64,000 nucleotides of DNA from an uncultured Chloroflexia bacterium. Lineage in GTDB: Bacteria > Chloroflexota > Limnocylindria > Limnocylindrales > CSP1-4. The notes below the pieces were generated by a model. It was not told the DNA's origin. It ran no database searches and was given only the letters and a program-made list of their open reading frames with translations. The DNA lies in assembly GCA_963704325.1 (NCBI GenBank), contig OY969885.1:142876-206875 (forward strand). Reading direction: 5' to 3'. Positions within the stretch are counted from its first letter, which is position 1, and each line of letters begins with the position of its first letter. This document shows, piece after piece, positions 7,928 through 17,743 of the stretch. The position numbers were made by a program, and so were the translations under genes.

Positions 7928-9458
7928 TCAGCCGACGAGCAAGCTCCGGCCGGTCATTCCCGGCGCAGGCGGCACGCCTACAAGATCGAGCAGCGTGCGC
8001 GGGACATCGGCCAGCACGCCGTCGCGCAGACGTCTGCCTGCGACCGCCTCGCCGACCAGCACGAGCGGCACCGGGTTGAGCGAATGGGCGGTCTGCGCAT
8101 TCCCTTCATCGTCGCGCATCTCGTCGGCGTTGCCATGGTCGGCGGTGATGCACAGCAGGCCGCCGTCGGGCAGCGCAGCGACCACCCGGGCCAGGCACTC
8201 GTCGATGACTTCGACGGCCCGGACGGTCGCCGCCCACACGCCGCTGTGGCCGACCATGTCCGGGTTGGCGAAGTTGGCAACGATGAAGTCATACCGATCG
8301 GTGGCGATTGCCTCGACCAGCGCATCGGTGACTCCGGCGGCGCTCATCTCGGGCATCAGGTCGTAGGTGGCGACCCTGGGACTGGGCACCAGCACTCGCT
8401 CCTCGCCGGCAAATGGCGGCTCCACGCCACCGTTCAAAAAGTAGGTCACGTGGGCGTACTTCTCCGTCTCGGCAACGTGGAACTGGCGCCAGCCCAGCTC
8501 CGAGAAGATCCGGGCGAGACTGGTGACGGACTCCTGGGCGAATGCGACCGCGACGGGGAGCCCGGCTTCGAAGTCGGTCATGGTCACCACGTGCAGGTCG
8601 CGCGGCCGCTGGCCACGGTCGAAGCCCTCGACGTCGAAAGTCGCTTCGTCCACGAGCGCGTGGGTCAGCTGTCGGGCGCGATCGGCGCGGAAATTGAAGT
8701 GGACGATGACGTCTCCGTCGCGGACGGTGCCGTCAACGCCGTCGATCACCGTGGGCTGGATGAACTCGTCGTTCTCGCCGCGGGCGTAGCCGTCCGCGAC
8801 GGCCTTCGCGGCGGATGAGGCGTGCAGCCCCTGGCCGTGCACGATCGCGTCGTAGCCCCGCTTCGTTCGCTCCCAGCGCTGGTCGCGGTCCATGGCGAAA
8901 TAGCGCCCGCCGACAGTCGCCACGCGAGCGTCCGGATGCGCGTCGCCAAGCCGCCGTTCGAAGTCCGCCAGGAATTCATCGGCCGAGCGCGGTGGCGTGT
9001 CGCGCCCGTCAAGCAGGCCGTGGATGACGACATCCTGGACGCCGCGCTCATGGGCAAGGCGCGCGATCGCCAAGGCATGACGATCGACCGAGTGGACGCC
9101 TCCGGGCCCGAGCAGGCCGACCAGGTGCAGTCGGTGCAACGACGCCTGCTCAACCGCCTCCGTCAAGACGGCGTTGCGTTCAAAGGAACCGTCGGCGATG
9201 GCCGAGTCGATGCGGGGCAGGTCCTGCAGCACGGGCCGCCCGGCACCGAGGTTGAGGTGGCCGACCTCGCTGTTGCCCATCTGGCCTGAGGGCAACCCGA
9301 CGGCCTCAGCGGACGCCTCCAGCGATCGAGTTCGGCCAGCTCGCCAGCAGGCTGTCCCAGGTGGGAGTTCGAGCCTGAGCGATGGCGTCGTCCTCCGGTC
9401 GGCGGCCGACTCCGAAGCCGTCGATGACGACCAGGACGAGCGGCCTTGGCCGGCTCAA
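7928..9458 (-). pseudogene. gpmI: 2,3-bisphosphoglycerate-independent phosphoglycerate mutase, reading frame interrupted near 9320-9332
   Basis: 455-aa ORF (7928..9295) covers iPGM from VGLPSGQMGNSEVGHLNLGAGR to C-terminus. The first ~50 aa (TTG 9458; MSRPRPLVLVVIDGFGVG...TPTWDSLLASWPNS) are in another frame ending at TGA 9306-9308. TTG start overlaps tpiA stop (TTGA). Confidence 0.75.
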
Positions 9459-10258
9459 GCCAGGCCGCGCGCGGCGGCCGTCAGTCCCGCCCGGGCGACG
9501 ATGCCGGCCATCTCGTCTACCTTCAGGCTGGCCCCGCCGACCAGCGCGCCGTCTATGTCCGGCTCGGCCAGGAACTCATCGATCGAGGCGCTCGTGACGC
9601 TGCCGCCGTAGAGGACCGGCACGCGGGCCGCCGAGTCAGGCACGCCGGCCTCGGCAAGGGTCGTTCGGATTGCCTGGGCCATGGCCGCCGCGTCTCCGCC
9701 GCGCGCGGTCAAGCCGGTTCCGATGGCCCATATCGGCTCGTAGGCGATGACCAGGTCGTCGGGCACGTTGGTGGCCACGCGACGCATCTCCGCGATGGTC
9801 CGCTCGAGCTGGCGGCAGACGGTCTCCTCGGCGCGGCCGGCCTGCCGATCGTCAAGCTGCTCGCCGATGCACAGGATGGGCCGCAGCCCGTACTCGGCGC
9901 AGCGGAGCACCTTGCGGCCGACGAGCGAGTCGCTCTCACCCTGATCGCGTCGGCGCTCGGAGTGGCCGACGATCGCCCAGGTTGCCAGCTTGGCGACCAT
10001 GGGTGCCGAGACTTCGCCGGTGTACGCGCCGAACGGCTCGGCGTGCACGTTCTGGACGCCGACCGCGACGTTCGTGTCGCGCAGCGCCCTGGCCACCGCC
10101 TCGAGCGAGACGACGGGCGGGCAGATGACCCGCGTCACGCCATCGACTTCGGTCGCCGCGGCGATGTCATTGGCGAGCAGTGACGCGTCGAGCGGTGTGG
10201 TGTTCATCTTCCAGTTGGCGGCAATGATCACCGGCCGTGCAGCCATCGCTTGAGCCAC
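9455..10258 (-). CDS. tpiA: triosephosphate isomerase
   Basis: 267 aa; AANWKMN..., IVGHSERR, YEPIWAIGTG, GGSV TIM signatures. Confidence 0.9.
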   Translation of the reverse strand: MAQAMAARPVIIAANWKMNTTPLDASLLANDIAAATEVDGVTRVICPPVVSLEAVARALRDTNVAVGVQNVHAEPFGAYTGEVSAPMVAKLATWAIVGHSERRRDQGESDSLVGRKVLRCAEYGLRPILCIGEQLDDRQAGRAEETVCRQLERTIAEMRRVATNVPDDLVIAYEPIWAIGTGLTARGGDAAAMAQAIRTTLAEAGVPDSAARVPVLYGGSVTSASIDEFLAEPDIDGALVGGASLKVDEMAGIVARAGLTAAARGLA

Positions 10259-10261
10259 TCC

Positions 10262-11035
10262 CTACTCCGCGTCACGGTGGAGCGCCGCGCTCCCGATCAC
10301 CTGCAGCGCCCTCTGGACCTGGCTGCGCGACAGATCCAGGATCGCGGCCAGCTCGGCGAGAGTAGCCTCGGGCGCGCGGCGCCGCGCCTCCGCCACGCGC
10401 CTGACGTGGCGCGGCAGGCGGCGAATGGTGCCGTCGCTGCGGATCAGCTCGATCTCGTCCAGCTGCCGGCGCGCGGCGGCCACGGCACGCCTGACGTTGG
10501 CCTGCTCGGCGTTCACCACGCGGTTTAGCTGGCTGCGCACGGAACGGCCCACAAGGCGTGACTCGAGCTCCAACGCGGAGGCGGTCGCGCCCAGCCGGCG
10601 CAGCAGGCCGAGGATCAGCTCCGCATCCTTCCAGGTCAGCACTCCCCTGCCCCGCCTGATCCGCGCGCCGGCCGGAAAGCCAAGGGCGTCGGCCAATCCG
10701 GCCGTGATCGACATGTCGTCCACCGGCACGAGCAGCTCCAGGTGCGTGCCGTGCTCGCCCACGCTGAGCGATCCGTCGGCGAGCAGCGCTCCGCGCAGGT
10801 AGGCGATGCGGCAGTGACCCACAGCCGCGTGCCAGTCGAACCGTTCATCCCCGGACGCTGCGTTTCCGCGGCTGGCCTCCAGCCGCACGGCAAGGCGTCC
10901 GATTGCAGGCGTACGCGCCCGTCCGTTGGCGTCGTCGGCCAGCCCGGCACGCTCGGCGGCGCGGCAGCAGGCACGGGCGGGCTCGATCGCCGCCAGCTCG
11001 GCCCACACGGCATGGGGCAGGTCCCTCTGGCTCAC
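10262..11035 (-). CDS. whiA: sporulation/cell-division transcription regulator WhiA
   Basis: C-terminal 257 aa of ORF 10262..11359 align to WhiA (CCR motif, LAGLIDADG-derived middle, C-terminal HTH LPRHVRRVAEARRRAPEATLAELAAILDLSRSQ). Arg-rich 108-aa upstream part rejected. GTG at 11035 overlaps yvcK stop (GTGA). N-domain ~50 aa shorter than mycobacterial WhiA. Confidence 0.75.
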   Translation of the reverse strand: MSQRDLPHAVWAELAAIEPARACCRAAERAGLADDANGRARTPAIGRLAVRLEASRGNAASGDERFDWHAAVGHCRIAYLRGALLADGSLSVGEHGTHLELLVPVDDMSITAGLADALGFPAGARIRRGRGVLTWKDAELILGLLRRLGATASALELESRLVGRSVRSQLNRVVNAEQANVRRAVAAARRQLDEIELIRSDGTIRRLPRHVRRVAEARRRAPEATLAELAAILDLSRSQVQRALQVIGSAALHRDAE

Positions 11036-12363
11036 GCGGCGGCGAACGTCCTGCGCCGGCCGCCCTGGCGTGTCTCGAGCACGCTCATGACTGCCGCTGA
11101 CAGCTTGTGCGCGTCGTGATGGTGAGCGTTCTCGTCGGCGACCACGTCGCCGCGGATGATCTGAAGGTGCGGCCAGCCGTCCGGTGCGATATCGAAGCGC
11201 ACCGGCGAGGCCGGATAGTTCGCGGGCTGGCGCGCACCAAGGTTGTCGTTGACCAGCACTGCGTCGATCGTGTCGCCCAGGCCGTGCGCGTCGAAGGCCG
11301 CCAGGTGGTCGGAGACGCTGAACTCCTCGGTTTCGCCGACCTGTGTCGCGACGTTGCACACGAAGAGTCGTGCGGCCGACGCGTTGCGCAGGGCGTCTGC
11401 GACGCCGGGCACCAGGAGCGGCGGCAGCAGGCTGGTGTAGACGCTGCCCGGGCCGACCACGATCAGGTCGGCGCCCTCGATCGCCGAAAGTGCCTCGTCT
11501 GAAGGACGCAGGTCATCAGGTGACAGCCACACGCGGCGCACCCCGCGCGCTCGGGCGATGCGCGACTGGCCGTCGAGCTGCGTCCCGTCGGCCAGCTCGG
11601 CATGCAGCGTCACGGGCTGACCGCACACGGGCACGACACTGCCGCGCACCGCGAGAACGCGGTTGGAGAGGCGCACGCCCTCCTCGAAGTCGCCGCTGAC
11701 ACTGGTCAGCGCGGCGATGAGCAGGTTGCCAAAGGCATGACCGGCGTAGCCCGGATCGACGCCCCGGCCACTCGGGAAGCGGTACTGGAGAAGGCTGGCC
11801 ATGGCCGGCTCCGCATCGGCCAGGGCGGCAATGCAGTTGCGGATGTCGCCCATCGGCGGCACGCCCAGCTCGTCGCGCAGCTTGCCTGACGAGCCGCCAT
11901 CGTCGGCCACTGTGACCACCGCGGTGATGTTGCTGGTGAACTCCTTCAGGCCGCGCAGCAGGATGGACAGTCCGGTCCCGCCGCCGATGGCGACGATGCG
12001 CGGCCCGCGCGCCCGAAGACGGCGCTGGTAGAGCACCTCGGCGATCGGCTCGGCGCGCGCGGAGAACGGCTCGACCAGCGTGCGCAGAACGCGCCACGCA
12101 CCAAGTACGAAGAGCGTCCCACCGGCCAGGAACAGGACCACGGGGCGCGCCTCAAGAGGCAGGAAGCTGAGCGTGACGATGTCGAACAGCGCCCGTGCGG
12201 GGCTCGATCCGGTCGCGCCGCCCAGGACCATCTCGAGCACGAGCGCCACGGCCAGGGCAATGAGCATCTGGCCGGCGAACGCGACCGCCAGCCAGCGCTT
12301 GATGCCGATTCCCGGTCGCAACCAGCGGCGCAGCAGGCCGCTCAGGTCGCGCGTCCCGCTCAC
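11032..12363 (-). CDS. yvcK: YvcK/CuvA-family gluconeogenesis factor (CofD-like) with N-terminal membrane extension
   Basis: IVAIGGGTGLSILLRGLKEFT...TAVVTVADDGGSSGKLRDELGVPPMGDIRNC core; GTG start at 12363 overlapping rapZ stop (GTGA); conserved rapZ-yvcK-whiA order. Confidence 0.8.
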   Translation of the reverse strand: MSGTRDLSGLLRRWLRPGIGIKRWLAVAFAGQMLIALAVALVLEMVLGGATGSSPARALFDIVTLSFLPLEARPVVLFLAGGTLFVLGAWRVLRTLVEPFSARAEPIAEVLYQRRLRARGPRIVAIGGGTGLSILLRGLKEFTSNITAVVTVADDGGSSGKLRDELGVPPMGDIRNCIAALADAEPAMASLLQYRFPSGRGVDPGYAGHAFGNLLIAALTSVSGDFEEGVRLSNRVLAVRGSVVPVCGQPVTLHAELADGTQLDGQSRIARARGVRRVWLSPDDLRPSDEALSAIEGADLIVVGPGSVYTSLLPPLLVPGVADALRNASAARLFVCNVATQVGETEEFSVSDHLAAFDAHGLGDTIDAVLVNDNLGARQPANYPASPVRFDIAPDGWPHLQIIRGDVVADENAHHHDAHKLSAAVMSVLETRQGGRRRTFAAA

Positions 12364-13295
12364 GACTGCTCCACCTCGCGATGCGAGACGCCAACCGGAC
12401 CCTTGCCGTCGCGTCGCCAGCGCGAGGCAACCTCCTCGGCAATGGCCACCGACCGATGCTGGCCGCCAGTGCACCCGAAGGCCACCGTCAGCCTGCTCCG
12501 GCCCTCAGCTTCGTAGCCGGGCATGGTCAGCGCCAAAAACTGTTCGACCTCGTCCAGGAAGCGGGCGGCAATCGGCTGGCCCAGCACGAAGTCACGCACG
12601 TCGGGGTGCAGCCCGTTCAGTGGGCGCAACGCATCGATGTAGAACGGATTCTCCATGAAGCGCACGTCGAAGACGATGTCCGCCTCCAGCGGCAGGCCGT
12701 TCTTGTAGGCAAAGCTGAGCAGCTGCAGTCCGATGCCACCGCCCTCGGTCGGGACGTCGAGCGCGTTGAACAGCCGCTCGCGCAGCTTCCGCCCGGACAT
12801 GTCGGAGGTGTCGATGACCACGTTCGCCTGGCCTCGGATCTCGGCCAGGAGCTCCCGCTCGCGCGAGATCGACGCCGCGACGCCCTTGTCGTCCACGTCC
12901 AGCGGATGTCTGTGACGGGTCTCCGAGAAGCGTCGGATGAGCACGTCATCGCGCGCCTCCAGGAAGAAGACCTGCGGCGTGATGCGCCGCGCGGCGAGTT
13001 CCTTGAGCGCCTCGCGGAAGGCTTCAGGGGCGTTGCCGGTGCGTGCGTCGAGGACCAGCGCGAGGCGCTCGAAATGCTCGGGGTCACGCGCCACCAGCTG
13101 GGCCAGGTTGCGCAGCAGCTCGGGCGGCAGGTTGTCGACGACGCGGTAGCCCAGATCCTCGAGCAGCTTGCTGGCTGCGGTCTTGCCGGCGCCGGACAGG
13201 CCGCTGATGATCACGACGTGCGGTCGCCGGGGCGCGGTTGGGCGCTCGGGCTGAACAGCGGCCGGCGCGGGATCGGAATTCGGTTGATCAGTCAT
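12360..13295 (-). CDS. rapZ: RNase adapter protein RapZ (YvcJ)
   Basis: 311 aa; P-loop ISGLSGAGKT, C-terminal CTGGQHRSVAIAEE motif. Confidence 0.9.
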   Translation of the reverse strand: MTDQPNSDPAPAAVQPERPTAPRRPHVVIISGLSGAGKTAASKLLEDLGYRVVDNLPPELLRNLAQLVARDPEHFERLALVLDARTGNAPEAFREALKELAARRITPQVFFLEARDDVLIRRFSETRHRHPLDVDDKGVAASISRERELLAEIRGQANVVIDTSDMSGRKLRERLFNALDVPTEGGGIGLQLLSFAYKNGLPLEADIVFDVRFMENPFYIDALRPLNGLHPDVRDFVLGQPIAARFLDEVEQFLALTMPGYEAEGRSRLTVAFGCTGGQHRSVAIAEEVASRWRRDGKGPVGVSHREVEQS

Positions 13296-14022
13296 CGTCT
13301 TCTGCCACCTTGATCTTCGCCGAGCGTCCCACCAGCCGGATGGTCAGCTCGTACAGCGGATACATGACAAGGGCCATGATCGTCGGGCTGAATGGGTCCC
13401 CGCCGGGCGTCACGACGACGGCGATGACGAAGATGCCAACGAAGACGTAACGCCGGGCGCGGCGCAACCGCTCCACGCTGACGAGCCCCACCTTGGCCAG
13501 CAGCACGATCACGATCGGGAACTGCATCACCAGTCCAAAGGCGAGGAACATGGTGGTCACGAAGCCGAAGTACGCGTCGGCGGTGATGAGCGGCTCGATC
13601 ACGCCCGGGATGGCGAAGCCGAGCAGGAATGCAGCGGTGTAGGGCAGGACAACGTACGCGACGCCGATACCCAGCACCAGGAAGACCAGCGCGAGCGGTA
13701 TCCAGGGTCGCGCCACGCGACGCTCGCGGGGCGTGAGGCCGGGCGAGACGAAGGCCCATAGCTGGTAGAGCACGACCGGCGAGCCCAGCGCGAGACCGAT
13801 CAACAGGGCAATCTTGAGCTGCAGGAAAAGTGCACCGCCTGGGGCCGTGAATACCAGCGGCCCGGGTATGGGCGCCTTGAGCAGCACGATCGCCTGCGGT
13901 GCCAGGAACCATCCGATCCCGGCGCCCACGACGACAGCCAGCAGGCCGATGAAGATGCGCCGACGCAGCTCGCCGAGGTGTTCAGAGACGGTCATTACCC
14001 GGGCGCCGGTATCAGCAGTCAT
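13288..14022 (-). CDS. tatC: twin-arginine translocase subunit TatC
   Basis: 244 aa, SEHLGELRRRI start motif, 6 TM segments. Confidence 0.85.
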   Translation of the reverse strand: MTADTGARVMTVSEHLGELRRRIFIGLLAVVVGAGIGWFLAPQAIVLLKAPIPGPLVFTAPGGALFLQLKIALLIGLALGSPVVLYQLWAFVSPGLTPRERRVARPWIPLALVFLVLGIGVAYVVLPYTAAFLLGFAIPGVIEPLITADAYFGFVTTMFLAFGLVMQFPIVIVLLAKVGLVSVERLRRARRYVFVGIFVIAVVVTPGGDPFSPTIMALVMYPLYELTIRLVGRSAKIKVAEDDD

Positions 14023-14072
14023 TGATGAGTCGGGCGGCCGCGCGGGAGCATGCTCCGCGCCGGGGGCTTCAG

Positions 14073-14315
14073 TCAGCTGGCCGCGCGATCCTCACTGGGC
14101 TCGGGCTGGTCAGCGCGCGCGGCGCTCGCGGAGACGGGCTTGGCGGCACGATCGTCCACGCGCAGCAATTCCTCAACGTCCGTGGAGGCCTTGCGGAACT
14201 CGCGGATGGTCCGCCCAAGCGCGTTGCCCACCTCGGGCAGCTTGCCCGGACCAAGGATCAGCAACGCCAGGATGAGCACCAGCAGGAGCTCGAACGGCCC
14301 GATGTTGAAGGGCAT
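14073..14315 (-). CDS. tatA: twin-arginine translocase subunit TatA
   Basis: 80 aa; MPFNIGPFELLLVLILALLILGPGKLPE + amphipathic helix and acidic tail. Confidence 0.85.
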   Translation of the reverse strand: MPFNIGPFELLLVLILALLILGPGKLPEVGNALGRTIREFRKASTDVEELLRVDDRAAKPVSASAARADQPEPSEDRAAS

Positions 14316-14324
14316 AAGTTCATC

Positions 14325-15230
14325 CTAGCACCGGAGCCGGTCCGCCCAGCCGGCCACTGCCGCGCGCACGGCACCCTCGAGCACTTCGGGGTCAGGGTCG
14401 GTTGACGCGGCCACCGCGGCGATTGCGCGGGACACGTTGACCAGAAGAGCGCCACCGCGCGCGGACCCGGCCGGCCCGGCCTGTGCCGGACCGTGCTCCA
14501 GCACGGCGGCCGACTCTCCCCCCTGGGCGCCTACTCCTGGGACGAGGAAGGGCAACTCGGGCACTGTTGCGCGGACCGCGGCCAGCTCGGCCGGGGCCGT
14601 GGCGCCGACGACGAGGCCCACGTTCGATTGCTCGCCGGCCCATGCCCGGACTCGCTGCGCGGTGTGCAGGTAGAGCGGCCGGCCATTGACGGGCAGGTCC
14701 TGCAGCTCGGCCGCGCCGGGATTGGACGTGCGACAGAGCACGTACACGAAGCGATCGTGGCGATCCAGCAACGGACGCAGCGCGTCCTCGCCCAGGTACG
14801 GATTGGCGGTCACTGCATCGGCACCCAGCGCATCGAAGAGGGCGACGGCCTGCCGCGCGGCGGTCGAGCCGATGTCGGCTCGCTTCGCGTCGAGCACGAG
14901 CGGCACGTGGCTGGGTATGCGCCCGCGTACGCGCTCCAGCGCGGCAATGCCGGCACTGCCGAACGCCTCGAAGAACGCGACGTTGACCTTGATCGCAGCG
15001 GCCCGCTCGAGCGCGGCATCAACCAAGAGGTTGGCCAGCCGCTCCACCCCGTCAATGTCGGCGGGAAAGCCCGCCGGCAGCTGTGCCGGGTCGGGATCAA
15101 CGCCGACGCACAGCGATGTGCCCACTTCCTCGATGCGGGATGCCAGCCGCTCGAGGTAGGTCGCGATTGTCAGCGCGCTCCTGCGCTGCGCGTGGCCGCG
15201 AACTCGCGTGCGCGCCGCCGCTCGGACCAC
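14325..15230 (-). CDS. pyrF: orotidine 5'-phosphate decarboxylase (type 2)
   Basis: LCVGVDPDP, KVNVAFFEAFG, LDAKRADIGST, ADAVTANPYLG, LCRTSNPG motifs. Start uncertain: GTG at 15230 would overlap secF 3' end by ~60 nt. Confidence 0.75.
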   Translation of the reverse strand: MVRAAARTRVRGHAQRRSALTIATYLERLASRIEEVGTSLCVGVDPDPAQLPAGFPADIDGVERLANLLVDAALERAAAIKVNVAFFEAFGSAGIAALERVRGRIPSHVPLVLDAKRADIGSTAARQAVALFDALGADAVTANPYLGEDALRPLLDRHDRFVYVLCRTSNPGAAELQDLPVNGRPLYLHTAQRVRAWAGEQSNVGLVVGATAPAELAAVRATVPELPFLVPGVGAQGGESAAVLEHGPAQAGPAGSARGGALLVNVSRAIAAVAASTDPDPEVLEGAVRAAVAGWADRLRC

Positions 15231-16340
15231 TCGTGCCAGGAGACGAGCAGTGCGCTGGCGTTGAAGATCGACGAGTAGGTGCCGGAGATGATGCCGATGA
15301 CCATCGCGAACACGAACGCTCGCGTCGCCTCACTTCCGAAGAGCAGCAGCGCGCTGAGCACGATGACGGTGGTCAGCGAGGTGTTCAGCGACCGGCCCAG
15401 CGTCTGCAGCAGGCTGTGGTTGACGATCGCTGCGAACGGCTCACCCGCGTGTCGGACGCGGTTCTCGCGCACGCGGTCGAAGACGACGATCGTGTCGTGC
15501 ACGGAGAAGCCGATCACGGTCAGCATCGCGGTCACGAACAGGGCGTCTATCTCCAGTCCGAAGAACGTGCCTCCGATGGCGAAGATGCCAACAACCACGA
15601 CAACGTCATGGAGCAGGGCGGCGATGGCGGTCATGCCCATTCGGAAGTCGGAGAAGCGGAACGTCATCCAGCCCAAGATGCCGGCCGAGCCGAGCACGAT
15701 CAGGATGAGGGCCTGCTGCGCCAGCTCACCGCTGATGACCGGCCCGATGTTGGCCTCCTGGCGCACCTCATCGATCGGCCCGAAGTCGTCCTCGAGGGCG
15801 AAGCGAAGCTCAGCCAGCCGACCCGTGGTCGGGAGCCCGATGACTGCGCCCGGCGATGCCGACGGGCTGGCCGACGGGGTGCGACGGGGCTGGGAGATGG
15901 AGATGCGCTGGCGGCCGGGCTGGCCGACGCGCTGGCGGCCGGAGATGCAGAGGGTGACGAGCCGGGCGAGCCGCTGGCGCCGGGCGAGCGCGCTGGCGAG
16001 CCGCGGGCGAACCGCTGGGCAGCGGGCTAGGCGAAGGCTGGAACTGCGTCAGGCCGATCTGCTCGGTACGGATCAGGACGTAATCGCGCTCGCCGGCGGT
16101 GGTGATCGCGACGTTGCCGGGCAGTCCGAGCTCATCCATGACCGCTTTAACCTGGAGCGGCTGCGGTGTGCCGTCACGGAAATGGATCTCCCACACCGTG
16201 CCGCCGGTGAAGTCGACCGAGAACTTCAGGCCCGCCGTTCCGTTGCTGAACGGCGTGAGCAGGATGAAGATCAGGCCCGGAATCATGATCAACGAGCTGA
16301 ACGCGTAGAACCAGCGTCGCTTGCCGATGAGGTCAAACAT
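15170..16340 (-). pseudogene. secF: protein translocase subunit SecF, split by frame change inside a Pro/Ser/Ala/Arg-rich repetitive insert
   Basis: N-terminal part (ORF 15810..16340: MFDLIGKRRWFYAFSSLIMIPGLIFILL...VKAVMDELG...IRTEQ) and C-terminal part (ORF 15170..15766; same frame upstream reads ...GAVIGLPTTGRLAELRFALEDDFGPIDEVRQEANIGPVISGEL... then TM2-6) are in different frames. The ~230-bp junction (15770-16000) is GC-rich repeat where all three frames give P/S/A/R-rich peptide. Confidence 0.7.
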
Positions 16341-16343
16341 CGG

Positions 16344-17693
16344 TCAGGACTCGGCTCGCAGGCTGGGACCAACCTCGCGTCCGCGAAGGCGCGGTGCGGC
16401 GATCGTGAACTCTTCGTCCTTGACGCCGAAGTAGACCGCCTTGCGCGCCCACGGCTGGCGGACCACCCAGCGCAGCACGGCGCGGCTGAGTCCGATCGCC
16501 GTGAACATCGAGACGAGCACGCCGATGATCAGCACCAGGGCGAAGCCGCGAATGACCGCCGACCCGAAGTAGAACAGGATGGCGGCGGTGATGATGCTCG
16601 ACATGTTCGAGTCGAAGATCGAATTCCAGGCGCGGTTGAATCCGGCTTCGACCGCGGATACCAGCGTCTTGCCGGCGCGCAGCTCTTCCTTGGTTCGCTC
16701 GAAGATGAGCACGTTGGCGTCCACCGCCATGCCCACCGAGAGCACGAAGGCCGCCACGCCGGCGAGAGTCAAGGTGACTGGCACGAGGCGGAAGATCGCG
16801 AACACGATCAGCGCGTAGAAAATGAGCGCCAGGCACGCGACGAGGCCCGGCAATCGGTACAGGATGAGCATGAAGGCGAACACGAGCGCGATGCCTATCG
16901 CGCCGGCCAGGATGCTCTGCTGCAGGAAGTTGAAGCCAAGCGTGGGACTGATCCGGCTGAAGCTGACTTCCTCGATCGCGTTGGGCAGCGCGCCGTACCT
17001 GAGCACGGTCACCAGCTGCGTGACCTCCGCCTGGCTGGAGAACCCGCCCGAGATCTGGGCCTGGCCGCCGAAGCGCGTGGCGTTGATCGTCGGCGCCGAC
17101 TCCACGATGTCGTCGAGCACGATCGCGAACTGCTCGCCGTAGTGGGCGGCCGCGTAGGCATCGAACAGCCGCGCGCCCTCCTCCTTGAGGGTGATGTCAA
17201 CCGCTCGCTGGCCGGCCTGCGTGAAAGCGGGTGCAGCTGTCTGGATCTGGTTGCCGCTGAAGATGATTCGCAGATCGGGCGGGATGCGCTGGCCGGGCAC
17301 TACCTGGCTGGCGCGCGCCGGAGGGACTTCGACGAAGTCCAGCCGTCCGGTCGAGCCGATCAGGTTGCGCACGTCCTGCTCGTTGGTCACGCCCGGGATC
17401 TCGACCACGATCCGGTCGAAGCCCTGCGTCTGAACGATCGGCTCGGAGACGCCGTACTGGTTGATGCGGTTCTCGATGATCGAGCGGATGTTCGACAGCG
17501 CCTCGGCGTCGACCGGCGCTCCCTCGGCCGGCAGGGCACGGTACTCGCCCCGCAACCCGCCCTGGAGGTCCAGCCCGAGCCGGGTCTCGATCGGCACCGG
17601 CGGCTCCGAGAGCGGCCGATTCATGGGCAGGAAATCTATGGCGAGCGCGGCGAGGCCAATGACCAGGATGAGAATGGGAAGTCCGCGACGCAT
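16344..17693 (-). CDS. secD: protein translocase subunit SecD
   Basis: 449 aa; periplasmic domain LGLDLQGG then RND-like TM bundle (GLSRAVLRWV), directly upstream of secF. Confidence 0.85.
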   Translation of the reverse strand: MRRGLPILILVIGLAALAIDFLPMNRPLSEPPVPIETRLGLDLQGGLRGEYRALPAEGAPVDAEALSNIRSIIENRINQYGVSEPIVQTQGFDRIVVEIPGVTNEQDVRNLIGSTGRLDFVEVPPARASQVVPGQRIPPDLRIIFSGNQIQTAAPAFTQAGQRAVDITLKEEGARLFDAYAAAHYGEQFAIVLDDIVESAPTINATRFGGQAQISGGFSSQAEVTQLVTVLRYGALPNAIEEVSFSRISPTLGFNFLQQSILAGAIGIALVFAFMLILYRLPGLVACLALIFYALIVFAIFRLVPVTLTLAGVAAFVLSVGMAVDANVLIFERTKEELRAGKTLVSAVEAGFNRAWNSIFDSNMSSIITAAILFYFGSAVIRGFALVLIIGVLVSMFTAIGLSRAVLRWVVRQPWARKAVYFGVKDEEFTIAAPRLRGREVGPSLRAES

Positions 17694-17743
17694 TCGGGCG
17701 GGACTATAGCAAGCCGACCCGGAACAGGCGCCTCAGGCGCGTG

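Noticed and set aside
11036-11359. 108-aa N-terminal extension of the whiA ORF
   Set aside because: It is an Arg-rich out-of-frame overlap with the 3' end of yvcK. WhiA homology begins at the GTG overlapping the yvcK stop.
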